From assembly GCA_965204755.1 (NCBI GenBank), contig OZ242011.1, positions 608,001 to 672,000 of the forward strand: 64,000 nt of DNA, in the 5' to 3' direction. Shown here one piece after another: positions 50,962 through 61,941 of the stretch. Numbering within the stretch: position 1 is the stretch's first letter; each line of letters begins with the position of its first letter. The notes under the pieces are model-generated. The model was not told the DNA's origin. It was given only the letters and a program-made list of their open reading frames with translations, and did no database searches. The position numbers were made by a program, and so were the translations under genes. The stretch comes from Candidatus Marinacidobacterium sp. GTDB lineage: Bacteria; Acidobacteriota; Vicinamibacteria; Marinacidobacterales; Marinacidobacteraceae.

Positions 50962-52275
50962 ATGCTGAAACGGATACGCGTCCGGAACTACAAGTCGCTG
51001 CGCGACATCGAGGCGTCGTTCCCGAACTTGGTCGCGCTCTTCGGCGCGAACGCCGCCGGCAAGAGCAACCTGTTGGACGCAATGCAGTTGCTGTCGCGCC
51101 TCGGGACGAGTCGCACCGTCAAGGAGGCGTTCGAGCCGCCCTACCGAGGCAGCCCCATCGAGTCGTTTTCCTTCGAAGAGGGGGGCATCCCGGCTCTCGT
51201 GAAGCGGGAGCGGCTGGCGTTCTCGATCGAGGCGGATCTGTCGCTCTCCGACGCCGTGGTCGAGTCGGTCCATCGAGAGATCGAGGCCATGCGGCAACCC
51301 GGACGCAAGGACCGGGTGGCCGGCAAGGGGATCACTCCGGGGCGCGTTCGCGAGCGAAGTCTCCGTTACCGGGTGGAAGTGGAAATGAGGCCGGACTCCG
51401 GCGTCCTGCGCGTCGCGGACGAGTACCTCGCGGCGCTGAACTCCAAAGGCCAGCCGACCGGAAGCCGGAATCCGTTTCTGGAGCGGCGAGGCGAGCGCAT
51501 CCACCTGCGTCTCGAGGGACAGGCGCATCCTACCTACTACGAGCGGTACCTGGACCGGACGATCCTCTCCATGCCGCACTATCCGCCGCACCATCCGCAC
51601 CTGACTGCGGCGCGGCGCGAACTGGAGAACTGGCTCTTCTACTACTTCGAACCGCGGGAGCGGATGCGCGCCCCGAACCCGATGCGGGAAGTGCGGCGGC
51701 TGGGCGTGATGGGCGAGGACCTCGCTGCATTCCTGCGAACGCTCCAGGCGCTCGAACCCGACCAATTCCGGGCCGTCGAGCGAGCGCTCTCCCTGGTCGT
51801 GCCGAATGTCGGCGGAGTCGAATTGGGGGTGGACGCTCTGGGGGAGGTCGAACTCTGCCTCAAGGAGAACGGCGCAGCGGTCCCTGCCGGCGTGCTGTCC
51901 GAGGGCACGCTGCGGGTGCTCGGGCTCCTCGCGCTCACCGGCACCTCCGAGCCCCCGGCGATCGTGGGCCTCGAAGAACCGGAGAACGGGGTGCACCCCG
52001 GCCGCGTGCAGTTGATCGCCGAGTTCCTGAAGACGAGGGCGGAGACCGGACAGACCCAGTACTTCGTCACCACGCACTCGCCGCTGTTGGTGGACCTCCT
52101 TCCGCAGGAATCCCTGTTCGCGGTGCGGCGCAGCGAACGGCAGACGCACATCGCGCCGCTTTCCGCTTGGGGGCCGCTCTTCTACCGCGGCGAGGCGGCC
52201 GAGGCGTTTCACGGCGAGCAGCCGGGGGACCGCCCCGTGTCGTCCCGCATCCTCCGCGGCGACTTCGATGCGTGA
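50962..52275 (+). CDS. ABC/AAA_21-type ATPase
   Basis: GANAAGKSN, LSEGTLR, LEEPENGVHP and TTHSP. Confidence 0.88.
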   Translation: MLKRIRVRNYKSLRDIEASFPNLVALFGANAAGKSNLLDAMQLLSRLGTSRTVKEAFEPPYRGSPIESFSFEEGGIPALVKRERLAFSIEADLSLSDAVVESVHREIEAMRQPGRKDRVAGKGITPGRVRERSLRYRVEVEMRPDSGVLRVADEYLAALNSKGQPTGSRNPFLERRGERIHLRLEGQAHPTYYERYLDRTILSMPHYPPHHPHLTAARRELENWLFYYFEPRERMRAPNPMREVRRLGVMGEDLAAFLRTLQALEPDQFRAVERALSLVVPNVGGVELGVDALGEVELCLKENGAAVPAGVLSEGTLRVLGLLALTGTSEPPAIVGLEEPENGVHPGRVQLIAEFLKTRAETGQTQYFVTTHSPLLVDLLPQESLFAVRRSERQTHIAPLSAWGPLFYRGEAAEAFHGEQPGDRPVSSRILRGDFDA

Positions 52276-52882
52276 AACCGCGCTGTTCGTCGAGGACTAC
52301 GCCCACCGGGCGGTCGTCGGGGCGTTGGTCCGGCGGGTGGTTCGGGAGGCCGGGATCGAAGCGCGCTTCGAGTGGCGGAACGCTTCGGGAGGCGCCGGCC
52401 GAGTCGCCCGGGAACTCCGGGACTTCCTGAGCGACCTGGACCGCGAGGCGCCCCAGGCGCCCGGAGCGCGCCGGCCCGATCTCGTCATCGTCGCCACGGA
52501 CGCCAACTGCCGGGGCGTGAGAGAGCGGGTGCAGGAGATTCTCCCGAAGAATCCCGGCCGCCCGTTCCCGATCGTCCTCGCCATTCCCGACCCCCATATC
52601 GAGCGCTGGCTGCTTCTCGACGGCGCGGCGTTCCGAAAGATCTTCGGGCGGGGTTGCGACGCCCCGGACTCCAAGTGCGCCCGAAACCGCTACAAGCAGA
52701 TGTTGACCCGGCAGATCGCGAAGGCCGGCCTGCGGCCGCCGGTCGGAGGAATCGAGTTCGCCGAGGACCTCGTGGAGGCGATGGACCTCGATCGGGCGGC
52801 ACGCGCCGATCGGTCATTCGCCCGCTTCCTCTCGGAGTTGACGCGCGCCCTCCGAACCCCCGGCGCCGGAGCGCGGGACTGA
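52268..52882 (+). CDS. DUF4276/TOPRIM-like partner protein
   Basis: 8-nt overlap with the ATPase gene; LFVED, VATDAN and IPDPHIERWLL. Confidence 0.65.
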   Translation: MRETALFVEDYAHRAVVGALVRRVVREAGIEARFEWRNASGGAGRVARELRDFLSDLDREAPQAPGARRPDLVIVATDANCRGVRERVQEILPKNPGRPFPIVLAIPDPHIERWLLLDGAAFRKIFGRGCDAPDSKCARNRYKQMLTRQIAKAGLRPPVGGIEFAEDLVEAMDLDRAARADRSFARFLSELTRALRTPGAGARD

Positions 52883-52987
52883 CGAGACCCTCCGCGATCT
52901 CGTCGCGGAGGCGCCGGGCGCGGGCGTTTACTCGCCGAGAGGGTCGGAGGCGCGTGGAGTCCGATCTCCACGAGGTCCGGGCGGCGC

Positions 52988-53542
52988 TCAGTTCCCATCC
53001 ACTCGAGTCGCCGCCAGTACGGCGGCGAGCGATATCCGATCCCGCGCGAAGATCGCGAACCTTTCCCCCTTCCAGCATCGGCGCCACGCGGACTCCTTCG
53101 GGTTCACTCGAACCGCATCCTTCATCAAGTTCGCCCCGAACCGACCGGCGAACACGACATACCGAAATTCGAGAGGACCTCGCGGCCCGTCCTCGAGCCT
53201 TCCCAGCGCCCCGAGATACTCCACGATCGGCCTCGTCCGAACGAGTTGGTCGAGTGGCTTGGTGTCATACCCGATCGTCTTTTTGAGTTCCACCAATATC
53301 GCATAATCGACTTGGCCCAACGCCGCGAGAACGATGTAGTCACACTTCCGGCGCCGCTCGCCGCGTTTGACAGCCGAAAGATGGTCCAGACTCCGAAGTG
53401 AGATCGTAGCCGCCCCGGCGGCGACGCCGAACAAAGTCACCGCCATCTCGCCCCTCTCTTCCAAGCGCACCTCGCCCCCGGCGTCGGCATCAACGAAGAC
53501 TTTCTCTTCGAGGACGCGTCGCAGCGCCCCGTCCCAATTCAC
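52988..53542 (-). CDS. Putative PD-(D/E)XK nuclease-fold protein
   Basis: GTGA overlap with the upstream ATPase stop; KCDYIVL...ILVELKK...DQL; lower GC. Confidence 0.6.
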   Translation of the reverse strand: MNWDGALRRVLEEKVFVDADAGGEVRLEERGEMAVTLFGVAAGAATISLRSLDHLSAVKRGERRRKCDYIVLAALGQVDYAILVELKKTIGYDTKPLDQLVRTRPIVEYLGALGRLEDGPRGPLEFRYVVFAGRFGANLMKDAVRVNPKESAWRRCWKGERFAIFARDRISLAAVLAATRVDGN

Positions 53543-54969
53543 TCGACGCCCTCCTCCTGTTCCATAACCCATCCTGCTATCCGCTGCGATCGCTCGTTGA
53601 TGGAGTCTATGGTCGCTTCGAACACCGGATAGTCGAGGCCGTAATCGTTGGCGTCGCACCTGTCGAGTCCGCCGTCGCGCGCGACATAGGCGCAGACATC
53701 CTCCGTCCGCAGCGCCGAGTCGCGCCGATAGCCGTAACGCTCGACAGCCGCGTCCCTGTTCGTCAGTCGGCCGAGCATCAGGAGATTGTTGATCTCCTTG
53801 ACGATGTAGTCACTGTGCGTCGTAATCAGTACTCGAATCCCGAGGTTCGAGATCTTCGCCAGAAGACGGGCGAGTTGCACTTGGTTCTCGGTATCCAGGT
53901 GACTCTCCGGTTCGTCGATGATCAACAGTTGCTGATGCTGTGCAACATGTCGGAGGTAGAAGTAGAAGTCCGAGAGTCCGCGCGCCGAAGACGACGCCCG
54001 ATAGAGCGGAACATTGAAGTGCTTGTCCTTGCGCCGCCTCGAGATGAAATGGACATCTCCACCGGCGAGGCGGTAGTAGCCGTCCATCATGGCCTTGATC
54101 TCGTCGTGGAGTTTGGATTCCCGCACCTCGCTGGCCTCTTTCCGCACATCGGGGAGACTTCTGGTGTAGTCGATGTTGTCCTTGATCGGGCTCGCGTAAC
54201 GACTCATGGTCCGGTCGATGATCCAGAACGGGCTTCGCCGATCGGCTCGATTCCCCTCGCGCAACTGCTGCAGCAACTCGACGAGTTGATTCTTGGTGAA
54301 ATCCAATTCGCGGTGAAAGAGGGAGATCCCGAACCGCTCGGCGGTCAGGATGAAGGGATCGGGGAAATCCGACAGCAACAACTGCAGATAAGCGCCCGCT
54401 ACGACCGGCTCGAATGTTGGGCCCGGATTCGGCGACTTGCGGCCGCGGCCGGTGACTCTGGCCCAGATATGACCGTCGTCGTATCCGACGGACAGCGTCC
54501 GTTTGTCTGACAGATCCGTGTTCTGCGACGGAATGCTCTCCGGAAGCGGCGCCGGCCACTCGACACTCAAACGCGCGCCTTGAAAGTCGGTGGAGGAGGC
54601 GCTCAACACGCGGGAGAGTTGGGTCTCCGAGAAGTCTGCGGTGAGTCGTCCGGCGATGGCGGCCCGCTCCCGAGAGAGGGTTATCGGATCGACGCGCCGC
54701 GTGGCGTAACCGTCGCGGGAAAGAGTCCCGGTCAGGGCCGCCAGATCGAGGGGCTCCGGAGCGTCATGCCCGTCTGCCGGAGCCGGCCCGGGAGGAGCGG
54801 CCAACGCCGCGGGGATTTCGGGCCAGCCCATCCACTGCTTCAAGAACCCGTACAGCGTGTAAGCGAGATAGGTCTTGCCGGTATTGTTCCGGCCGGCGAT
54901 GATCGTGATTCGCCCGAGTTCGAGGTCGGCAGCCTTGATCGGCCCGATGTTGCGGAAACGAAAAATCAT
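53539..54969 (-). CDS. ABC/AAA_15-type ATPase
   Basis: NIGPI, GRNNTGKT, ASSSARGL, IIDEPESHL and TTHSDY; lower GC than the flanks. Confidence 0.85.
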   Translation of the reverse strand: MIFRFRNIGPIKAADLELGRITIIAGRNNTGKTYLAYTLYGFLKQWMGWPEIPAALAAPPGPAPADGHDAPEPLDLAALTGTLSRDGYATRRVDPITLSRERAAIAGRLTADFSETQLSRVLSASSTDFQGARLSVEWPAPLPESIPSQNTDLSDKRTLSVGYDDGHIWARVTGRGRKSPNPGPTFEPVVAGAYLQLLLSDFPDPFILTAERFGISLFHRELDFTKNQLVELLQQLREGNRADRRSPFWIIDRTMSRYASPIKDNIDYTRSLPDVRKEASEVRESKLHDEIKAMMDGYYRLAGGDVHFISRRRKDKHFNVPLYRASSSARGLSDFYFYLRHVAQHQQLLIIDEPESHLDTENQVQLARLLAKISNLGIRVLITTHSDYIVKEINNLLMLGRLTNRDAAVERYGYRRDSALRTEDVCAYVARDGGLDRCDANDYGLDYPVFEATIDSINERSQRIAGWVMEQEEGVE

Positions 54970-55062
54970 CGTGAGATTCGAGGACGAAGAGTTTCCAAGG
55001 GGGGTGGGTTCCCCGCCCGTATCCCGCGGAGCGGGGCCGGGAGTCCGACCACTCCAGGGAGT

Positions 55063-56286
55063 TTACTCGCCGAGGGCGCCGGAGGCGCGGAGGGTTCGGA
55101 TCTCGGCGGGCGTGTAGCCGGCGACGCGGGAGAGGACGGCTTCGGTGTGCTGTCCCTTGAGGGGGGGCGGCTCCTTCGCCGATTCGCTCGTTCCGTCGAA
55201 CTGCACCGGGTTTCCGACCAGGCGCAGCCGGTCGAGGGCCGGGTCGCCGTCCGCGGCGCCGCCGGAGAACGACGGGTGTTCCCGTTCGATCACCATGCCG
55301 CGAGATTGGAGTTGGGGGCTCGCCAGGACTTCGGCCACCCGGCGTACGCGGCCCACCGGGACTCCGGCTTCGCCGAGGCCGTGCTCCCAGTGGCGGACCG
55401 ACTCCTTCCGGAAGATCGGCTCCAGGAGGGAGCGCAACTCGCGGCGGCGGCGCACGCGGTCGGGGTTTCGGGCGAACTCCGGACGGTCGAGATCCGGCGA
55501 AACCACGGAACAGAAGCGCTCCCAAGCCGGATCGTTGCCCACCGCGACGATCACATGGCCGTCCTCGGCCTCGAAACTCTCGTAAGGAGTCAACGACGGG
55601 TGGGTGTTTCCGGCGCGTTCGGGTTCCTGCCCGGTCAACAGGTATCCCTGCGCCTGGTAGCAGAGCGTCGCCACGACGGAGTCGAAGAGCGCCACATCCA
55701 CCCGGCGCCCCCGGCCGTCGCGCTCCCGGGCGAACAGCGCCGCCAGGATCCCGCTCGCCGCCAGCATCCCCGCGCAGATGTCCGCGAGGGAAGCGCCCAC
55801 CTTCGTCGGTTCGCCGTCCGCCGACCCGGTGAGACTCATCCAGCCGGCTTCCCCCTGCATGATCGCGTCGTAACCGGGCCGGTCGGAGAGCGGCCCGTAC
55901 TGTCCGTAGGCGGACACGGAGCACCGGACGAGGCGCGGGTTCCCCGCGAGCACCTCTTCCGGGGGAAACCCGAGCCGGGCGAGCGTGCCCGGTCGGAAGT
56001 TCTCGAGCAGCACATCGCTCTTGGCGATGAGGCGGGAGAGCGCCTCCCGGCCGCCCTCCGTCTTGAGATCGAGCGTGACGCCCTGCTTGCCTCGATTCAC
56101 CGCGAGGAAGTACGCGCTCTCGCCGAACGCGAACGGAGGGCCCCAACCCCTCGTATCGTCGCCGGCCGGAGATTCGACCTTGAGGACTTCCGCGCCGAAG
56201 TCCGCGAGCAGCATGGTGGCGTACGGTCCGGCGAGCACCCGGGAGAGATCGGTGACCCGCACCCCGGCGAGCGGGGCGCCGGTCAT
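55063..56286 (-). CDS. Family III CoA-transferase (CaiB/BaiF)
   Basis: LAGVRVTDLSRVLAGP, GDDTR, NRGK, ENFRPG and PGYDAIMQ. Confidence 0.9.
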   Translation of the reverse strand: MTGAPLAGVRVTDLSRVLAGPYATMLLADFGAEVLKVESPAGDDTRGWGPPFAFGESAYFLAVNRGKQGVTLDLKTEGGREALSRLIAKSDVLLENFRPGTLARLGFPPEEVLAGNPRLVRCSVSAYGQYGPLSDRPGYDAIMQGEAGWMSLTGSADGEPTKVGASLADICAGMLAASGILAALFARERDGRGRRVDVALFDSVVATLCYQAQGYLLTGQEPERAGNTHPSLTPYESFEAEDGHVIVAVGNDPAWERFCSVVSPDLDRPEFARNPDRVRRRRELRSLLEPIFRKESVRHWEHGLGEAGVPVGRVRRVAEVLASPQLQSRGMVIEREHPSFSGGAADGDPALDRLRLVGNPVQFDGTSESAKEPPPLKGQHTEAVLSRVAGYTPAEIRTLRASGALGE

Positions 56287-57647
56287 CGGGCCGGGGCCGC
56301 CGCGGCGGCGAGCGCGCGGTCGAGAAGCGTCAGCGCCTCCTCGGCGTCGGAGCGGGCGATGTTGAGCGGCGGGGAGATGCGAACGCAGTTCCCGTAGAGA
56401 CCGCCCTTTCCGATGAGGAGTCCCTCGTCCCGCGCGCACTGGAGCAGGCGCTCGGTGAACGCGGCGTCCGGCTCCTTGGTTTCGCGGTCCGCGACGAACT
56501 CGAGCGCGAGCATGAGTCCCTTGCCCCGGACATCGCCGATCTTCGGGTGTTCGTCCATCAGCGCGCGGAGCCCTTCTTCGAGGAAAGCGCCGACGCGCTC
56601 GGCGTTCTCCTCCAGGCGGTCGCGCTCCACGATGTCGATCACGGCGCGCGCCGCCGCCATGCTCACCGGGTTCCCGCCGAAAGTCGAAAGCGTGTTCCCG
56701 GCGACGGAGTCCGCGATCTCCGCGGTGGCGACCGTGGCCGCGACCGGGACGCCGTTGCCCATGGCCTTGGCATAGGTCACGATGTCCGGGACGACCTCCC
56801 AGTGTTCGATCCCGTTCAGGAAACCGCCGGTCCGGCCCCAGCCGGTCTGCACCTCGTCGCAGATGAAGACCCCGCCGTAGCGGCGCACGATCTCCACCGC
56901 GACCTCGAAGTATCCCGGCGGAGGCGTGATGAAGCCGCCCACGCCCTGGATCGGTTCCGCGATGAAACCGGCGACCCTTCCGGAGGTCGTCGTGCGGATC
57001 ACATCTTCGATGTCGCGGGCGCAGCGCAACTCGCAGTCCGGGTAGGTCAAACCGAACGGACAGCGGTAGCAGTAGGCATTGGCCACATGCTTGATCCCGG
57101 GCACATGGCTGCCGCCGAGCCGCCAGGAATGCTGGCCGGTGGCGGTCATGGTGAGCAGGCTGCGGCCGCTGTAGCCGTGGCGCAGCGCGATGAGTTCCGA
57201 GTTTCCGGTGTGGAGTTCGGCGAGCAGCACGGCGAATTCGTTGGCTTCGGTGCCGGAGTTCGTGAAGAAACTCTTCTCGCAGTCTCCGGGAGCGACGCGG
57301 GCCAGCCGCTCGGCCACTTCCACCATCGGCCGGTTCGGGAAGAGCGTCGAAACATGCTGCAGGGTGTCCACCTGCTCCCGGATCTGGTGGTTCACCTCGG
57401 GGTGGCAGTGGCCGAGCCCGACGGTGACGATGCCGCCGAAGAAGTCGAGATACCGGTTGCCGTCGGCGTCCCACACCTGCTTGCCCTCCCCCCGGACGAT
57501 GGGCATCGGCTCGTCGTAGAAGGTCTGGACCGCCGGGAACACATAGCGGCGGTGGGCGTCGCGGATCGCGTCCGCGTCCTTCGGGGAGCGACAGCCGGGG
57601 GGCGTGTCCTCCGGCGGCGGGGCGTCTCGGCCGGCGGGCTGGTTCAT
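56283..57647 (-). CDS. Class III aminotransferase (AGXT2/omega-amino-acid-type)
   Basis: YLDFFGGI, NSGTEANE, AEPIQGVGG, DEVQTGWGRTG, AKAMGNG and TFGGNP. Confidence 0.9.
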   Translation of the reverse strand: MNQPAGRDAPPPEDTPPGCRSPKDADAIRDAHRRYVFPAVQTFYDEPMPIVRGEGKQVWDADGNRYLDFFGGIVTVGLGHCHPEVNHQIREQVDTLQHVSTLFPNRPMVEVAERLARVAPGDCEKSFFTNSGTEANEFAVLLAELHTGNSELIALRHGYSGRSLLTMTATGQHSWRLGGSHVPGIKHVANAYCYRCPFGLTYPDCELRCARDIEDVIRTTTSGRVAGFIAEPIQGVGGFITPPPGYFEVAVEIVRRYGGVFICDEVQTGWGRTGGFLNGIEHWEVVPDIVTYAKAMGNGVPVAATVATAEIADSVAGNTLSTFGGNPVSMAAARAVIDIVERDRLEENAERVGAFLEEGLRALMDEHPKIGDVRGKGLMLALEFVADRETKEPDAAFTERLLQCARDEGLLIGKGGLYGNCVRISPPLNIARSDAEEALTLLDRALAAAAAPAR

Positions 57648-57666
57648 GGCCGGGATTGTCGCACGG

Positions 57667-58395
57667 TCAGCCCCGGTCGGCGGCCTCGGCGCCGGTCTCG
57701 ATCCAGTTCGAGATCAGGCCGGCGAGCGAGCCGACCAGGCCGAGCGCCAAGGTCTTGAGCCACACCGCGATCAGGCTTCCGCCGGCGGTGACCGCGTGGT
57801 GGTCGCCGAAGTCCGTCGGCTCGGCGCCGAAGAAGGTCGCCACCGACCAGAGCAGCGCGTCTTCGGCGGTCAGGATGTTCGCTTCCGGGTGACGGCTCTC
57901 CAGCCCCAGGATCAGGAAACTGGCGAGGATCAACGAGATCACGATGAGCGAAGACACGGTGGCGGCGACCGTCTTGGCGCGGCCCACCCGGAACAGCGCG
58001 GCGAACCCGTGGACGGCGCGGGTCGCGGAGCGGAGCACGCGGAGGATCAGGACCAGCCGGATCGCGCGAAATCCCCGGAGCGGCTCCACGATCGGAACAG
58101 ACGCGAGGAAGTCCGACCAACCCCAGTGCCACCAGCGCTTCCGGTTCGGCGACTTCCAGAGGTCCCAGGCCGCCTTGCTGAAGAAGAGGACGCAGATCAC
58201 CCAGTCGATGTACTCGGCGAGTTCCCGGAACTCCGTGCTCGCCGAAGGCCGCAGCGTCAGGGCGTAGAGGGCCACCGAGCCGAGCGCGAGGACCGCGTAC
58301 AGCGACTCGACGACGACCTGCGAGCCGGTCGGCGCCGGCTCCCCGGAGATCGAACCGTCGTTCGGGCGGGGACCGGAGCCCGGAGGCCGGCTCAC
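57667..58395 (-). CDS. Voltage-gated ion-channel-like protein with an atypical pore loop
   Basis: S4-like LRGFRAIRLVLILRVLR, ANI.TAEDALLWSVAT pore helix, FGDHHAVT; GTGA overlap with the upstream gene. Confidence 0.75.
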   Translation of the reverse strand: MSRPPGSGPRPNDGSISGEPAPTGSQVVVESLYAVLALGSVALYALTLRPSASTEFRELAEYIDWVICVLFFSKAAWDLWKSPNRKRWWHWGWSDFLASVPIVEPLRGFRAIRLVLILRVLRSATRAVHGFAALFRVGRAKTVAATVSSLIVISLILASFLILGLESRHPEANILTAEDALLWSVATFFGAEPTDFGDHHAVTAGGSLIAVWLKTLALGLVGSLAGLISNWIETGAEAADRG

Positions 58396-59774
58396 CGGCT
58401 GCGCTCCCGGAACTCGGCCGCCGACCAGATCGGGATACCCAGCCGACGGGCGGCGCGGGCCTTCCCGGAGACGGACGCCGCATCGGCCGCCACCAGCAGG
58501 TCGCATCCCCGACGCGTCACGCCGGCGGTCACCCGGAATCCCCGCCCCACCGCCAACGCCTCGAGTCGGTCGCGCTCCCAAGGTATCCCGCCGAGGACGA
58601 CCCGTCCGGTGAAACACACCCGACTCCCCGCCCGGAGCACGGTGATTTCCGGCAGCCGGGTGATGCTCGGCCTCTCGGCGTCCGGGATCCCCAGTTGCCG
58701 GGCCAGGTTCTCGATCACTTCCCGTTCGCGCGGGGTGATGACCCCGTCGCGTTTCGCGGCGTCGACGACGGCGTCGAAGTACTCCCGATGCGCCCGCTGC
58801 CGCACTTCTTCCGGAATACCGCATTCTTCGGCGAGCCGCCGCATCTCGTCCCGCTCTTCGTCGTCCAGGACGCCGTCGTCGAGCACATGGTCGAGGGCGT
58901 CCAGGTACAGGCTCACCGCCTCGTCGCAGTGGGGATAGTGGGCGCGGGACACGACGCGCGGCATCGCCGGCGCCTCGGGGTCGGCCAGGTCGCGGCGCAG
59001 CGTGCGCTTCGTCGGGCGTCGGTCGATGTAACCGATACGGACCGGCTCGCATCGGTCGTCCGGCCGGTCGAGGCCCAGGCGCGCCAGCAGCCCGGCGGTC
59101 GCCCGGGCGTCCGCGAGCGCGCGATGGGCGCAGTCGAGCGGGACGCCGTGGTCGTCGCAGGCCGCCGTCAGCCGCTGTCCGGTCGCGCTAACAGCCCGTG
59201 GAAAGAGCGCCCCGCCGTCCACTCCTCGACGCGAGGGCGCCAAGTCCGCGTTCCGCTTCGCGGCGGGGCGCTCTTCCCACGGGCCGGCGGCGCGAATCGC
59301 TGCGCGATTCCCCCCGCCATCTATCGCGGGGAGGGGGCCACCCCCTCCCCGCACCCCTCCCCGGTCGGCGCTTCGCGCCGACGGGGGCTCCCCGGACTTT
59401 CTCCACGGGCCGCTAAGGGTGCAGATCCCCGCCCCGGGATCCAGCCGAACGCCGCAGCGGTCGAATTCCCGTTGCAGGAAGCGCCGGTCGAACGGCAGGT
59501 TGTGCGCCACGAGGACTCGACCGTGCAGCCTCCGGGCGAAGTCTCCGACGATCTCCTCGAAGGCGGGAGCGAGTTCCAGCATGGACGGGGTGATGCCGTG
59601 GATGGAGGAATGGCCGACATCCCGACCCGGCTGCACCAGGGTGTCGTATTCGTCCACGATCTCCCCGGTTTCCGGATGGAGGCGCACGGCGGCGACATCC
59701 ACCACGCGATCGCTCCGGCGGAACCCGGTGGTCTCCACATCCACGACGACGAGCGGGGGCTGCTCCCGCGGCAT
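58392..59774 (-). CDS. DEDDh (DnaQ-like) exonuclease + helical domain + BRCT, carrying a 75-aa MITE-derived insert
   Basis: VDVETTG, AHNLPFD, HRALADA; BRCT RVCFTG...SGKARAARRLGIPI. Confidence 0.85.
   Translation of the reverse strand: MPREQPPLVVVDVETTGFRRSDRVVDVAAVRLHPETGEIVDEYDTLVQPGRDVGHSSIHGITPSMLELAPAFEEIVGDFARRLHGRVLVAHNLPFDRRFLQREFDRCGVRLDPGAGICTLSGPWRKSGEPPSARSADRGGVRGGGGPLPAIDGGGNRAAIRAAGPWEERPAAKRNADLAPSRRGVDGGALFPRAVSATGQRLTAACDDHGVPLDCAHRALADARATAGLLARLGLDRPDDRCEPVRIGYIDRRPTKRTLRRDLADPEAPAMPRVVSRAHYPHCDEAVSLYLDALDHVLDDGVLDDEERDEMRRLAEECGIPEEVRQRAHREYFDAVVDAAKRDGVITPREREVIENLARQLGIPDAERPSITRLPEITVLRAGSRVCFTGRVVLGGIPWERDRLEALAVGRGFRVTAGVTRRGCDLLVAADAASVSGKARAARRLGIPIWSAAEFRERSR
59188..59416. 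mobile_element. MITE-like element copy 2, in-frame intragenic insertion
   Basis: CTAA-cagcccgtggaaag...tttctccacgggccg-CTAA; the direct repeats are 225 bp apart. Confidence 0.88.
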
Positions 59775-59814
59775 CCCGGCCCCCTTCCGGATGACTTTCG
59801 AGCCGTCCCCCGGC

Positions 59815-61914
<2,100 letters not shown>

Positions 61915-61941
61915 GCGGGCTCCGCGCCGAGTGGCCGGCGG

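Noticed and set aside
59186-59416. Intein or self-splicing intron explanation for the exonuclease insert
   Set aside because: It has no intein terminal His-Asn motif and no group I/II features. TIRs, the CTAA duplication and intergenic copies point to a DNA element.
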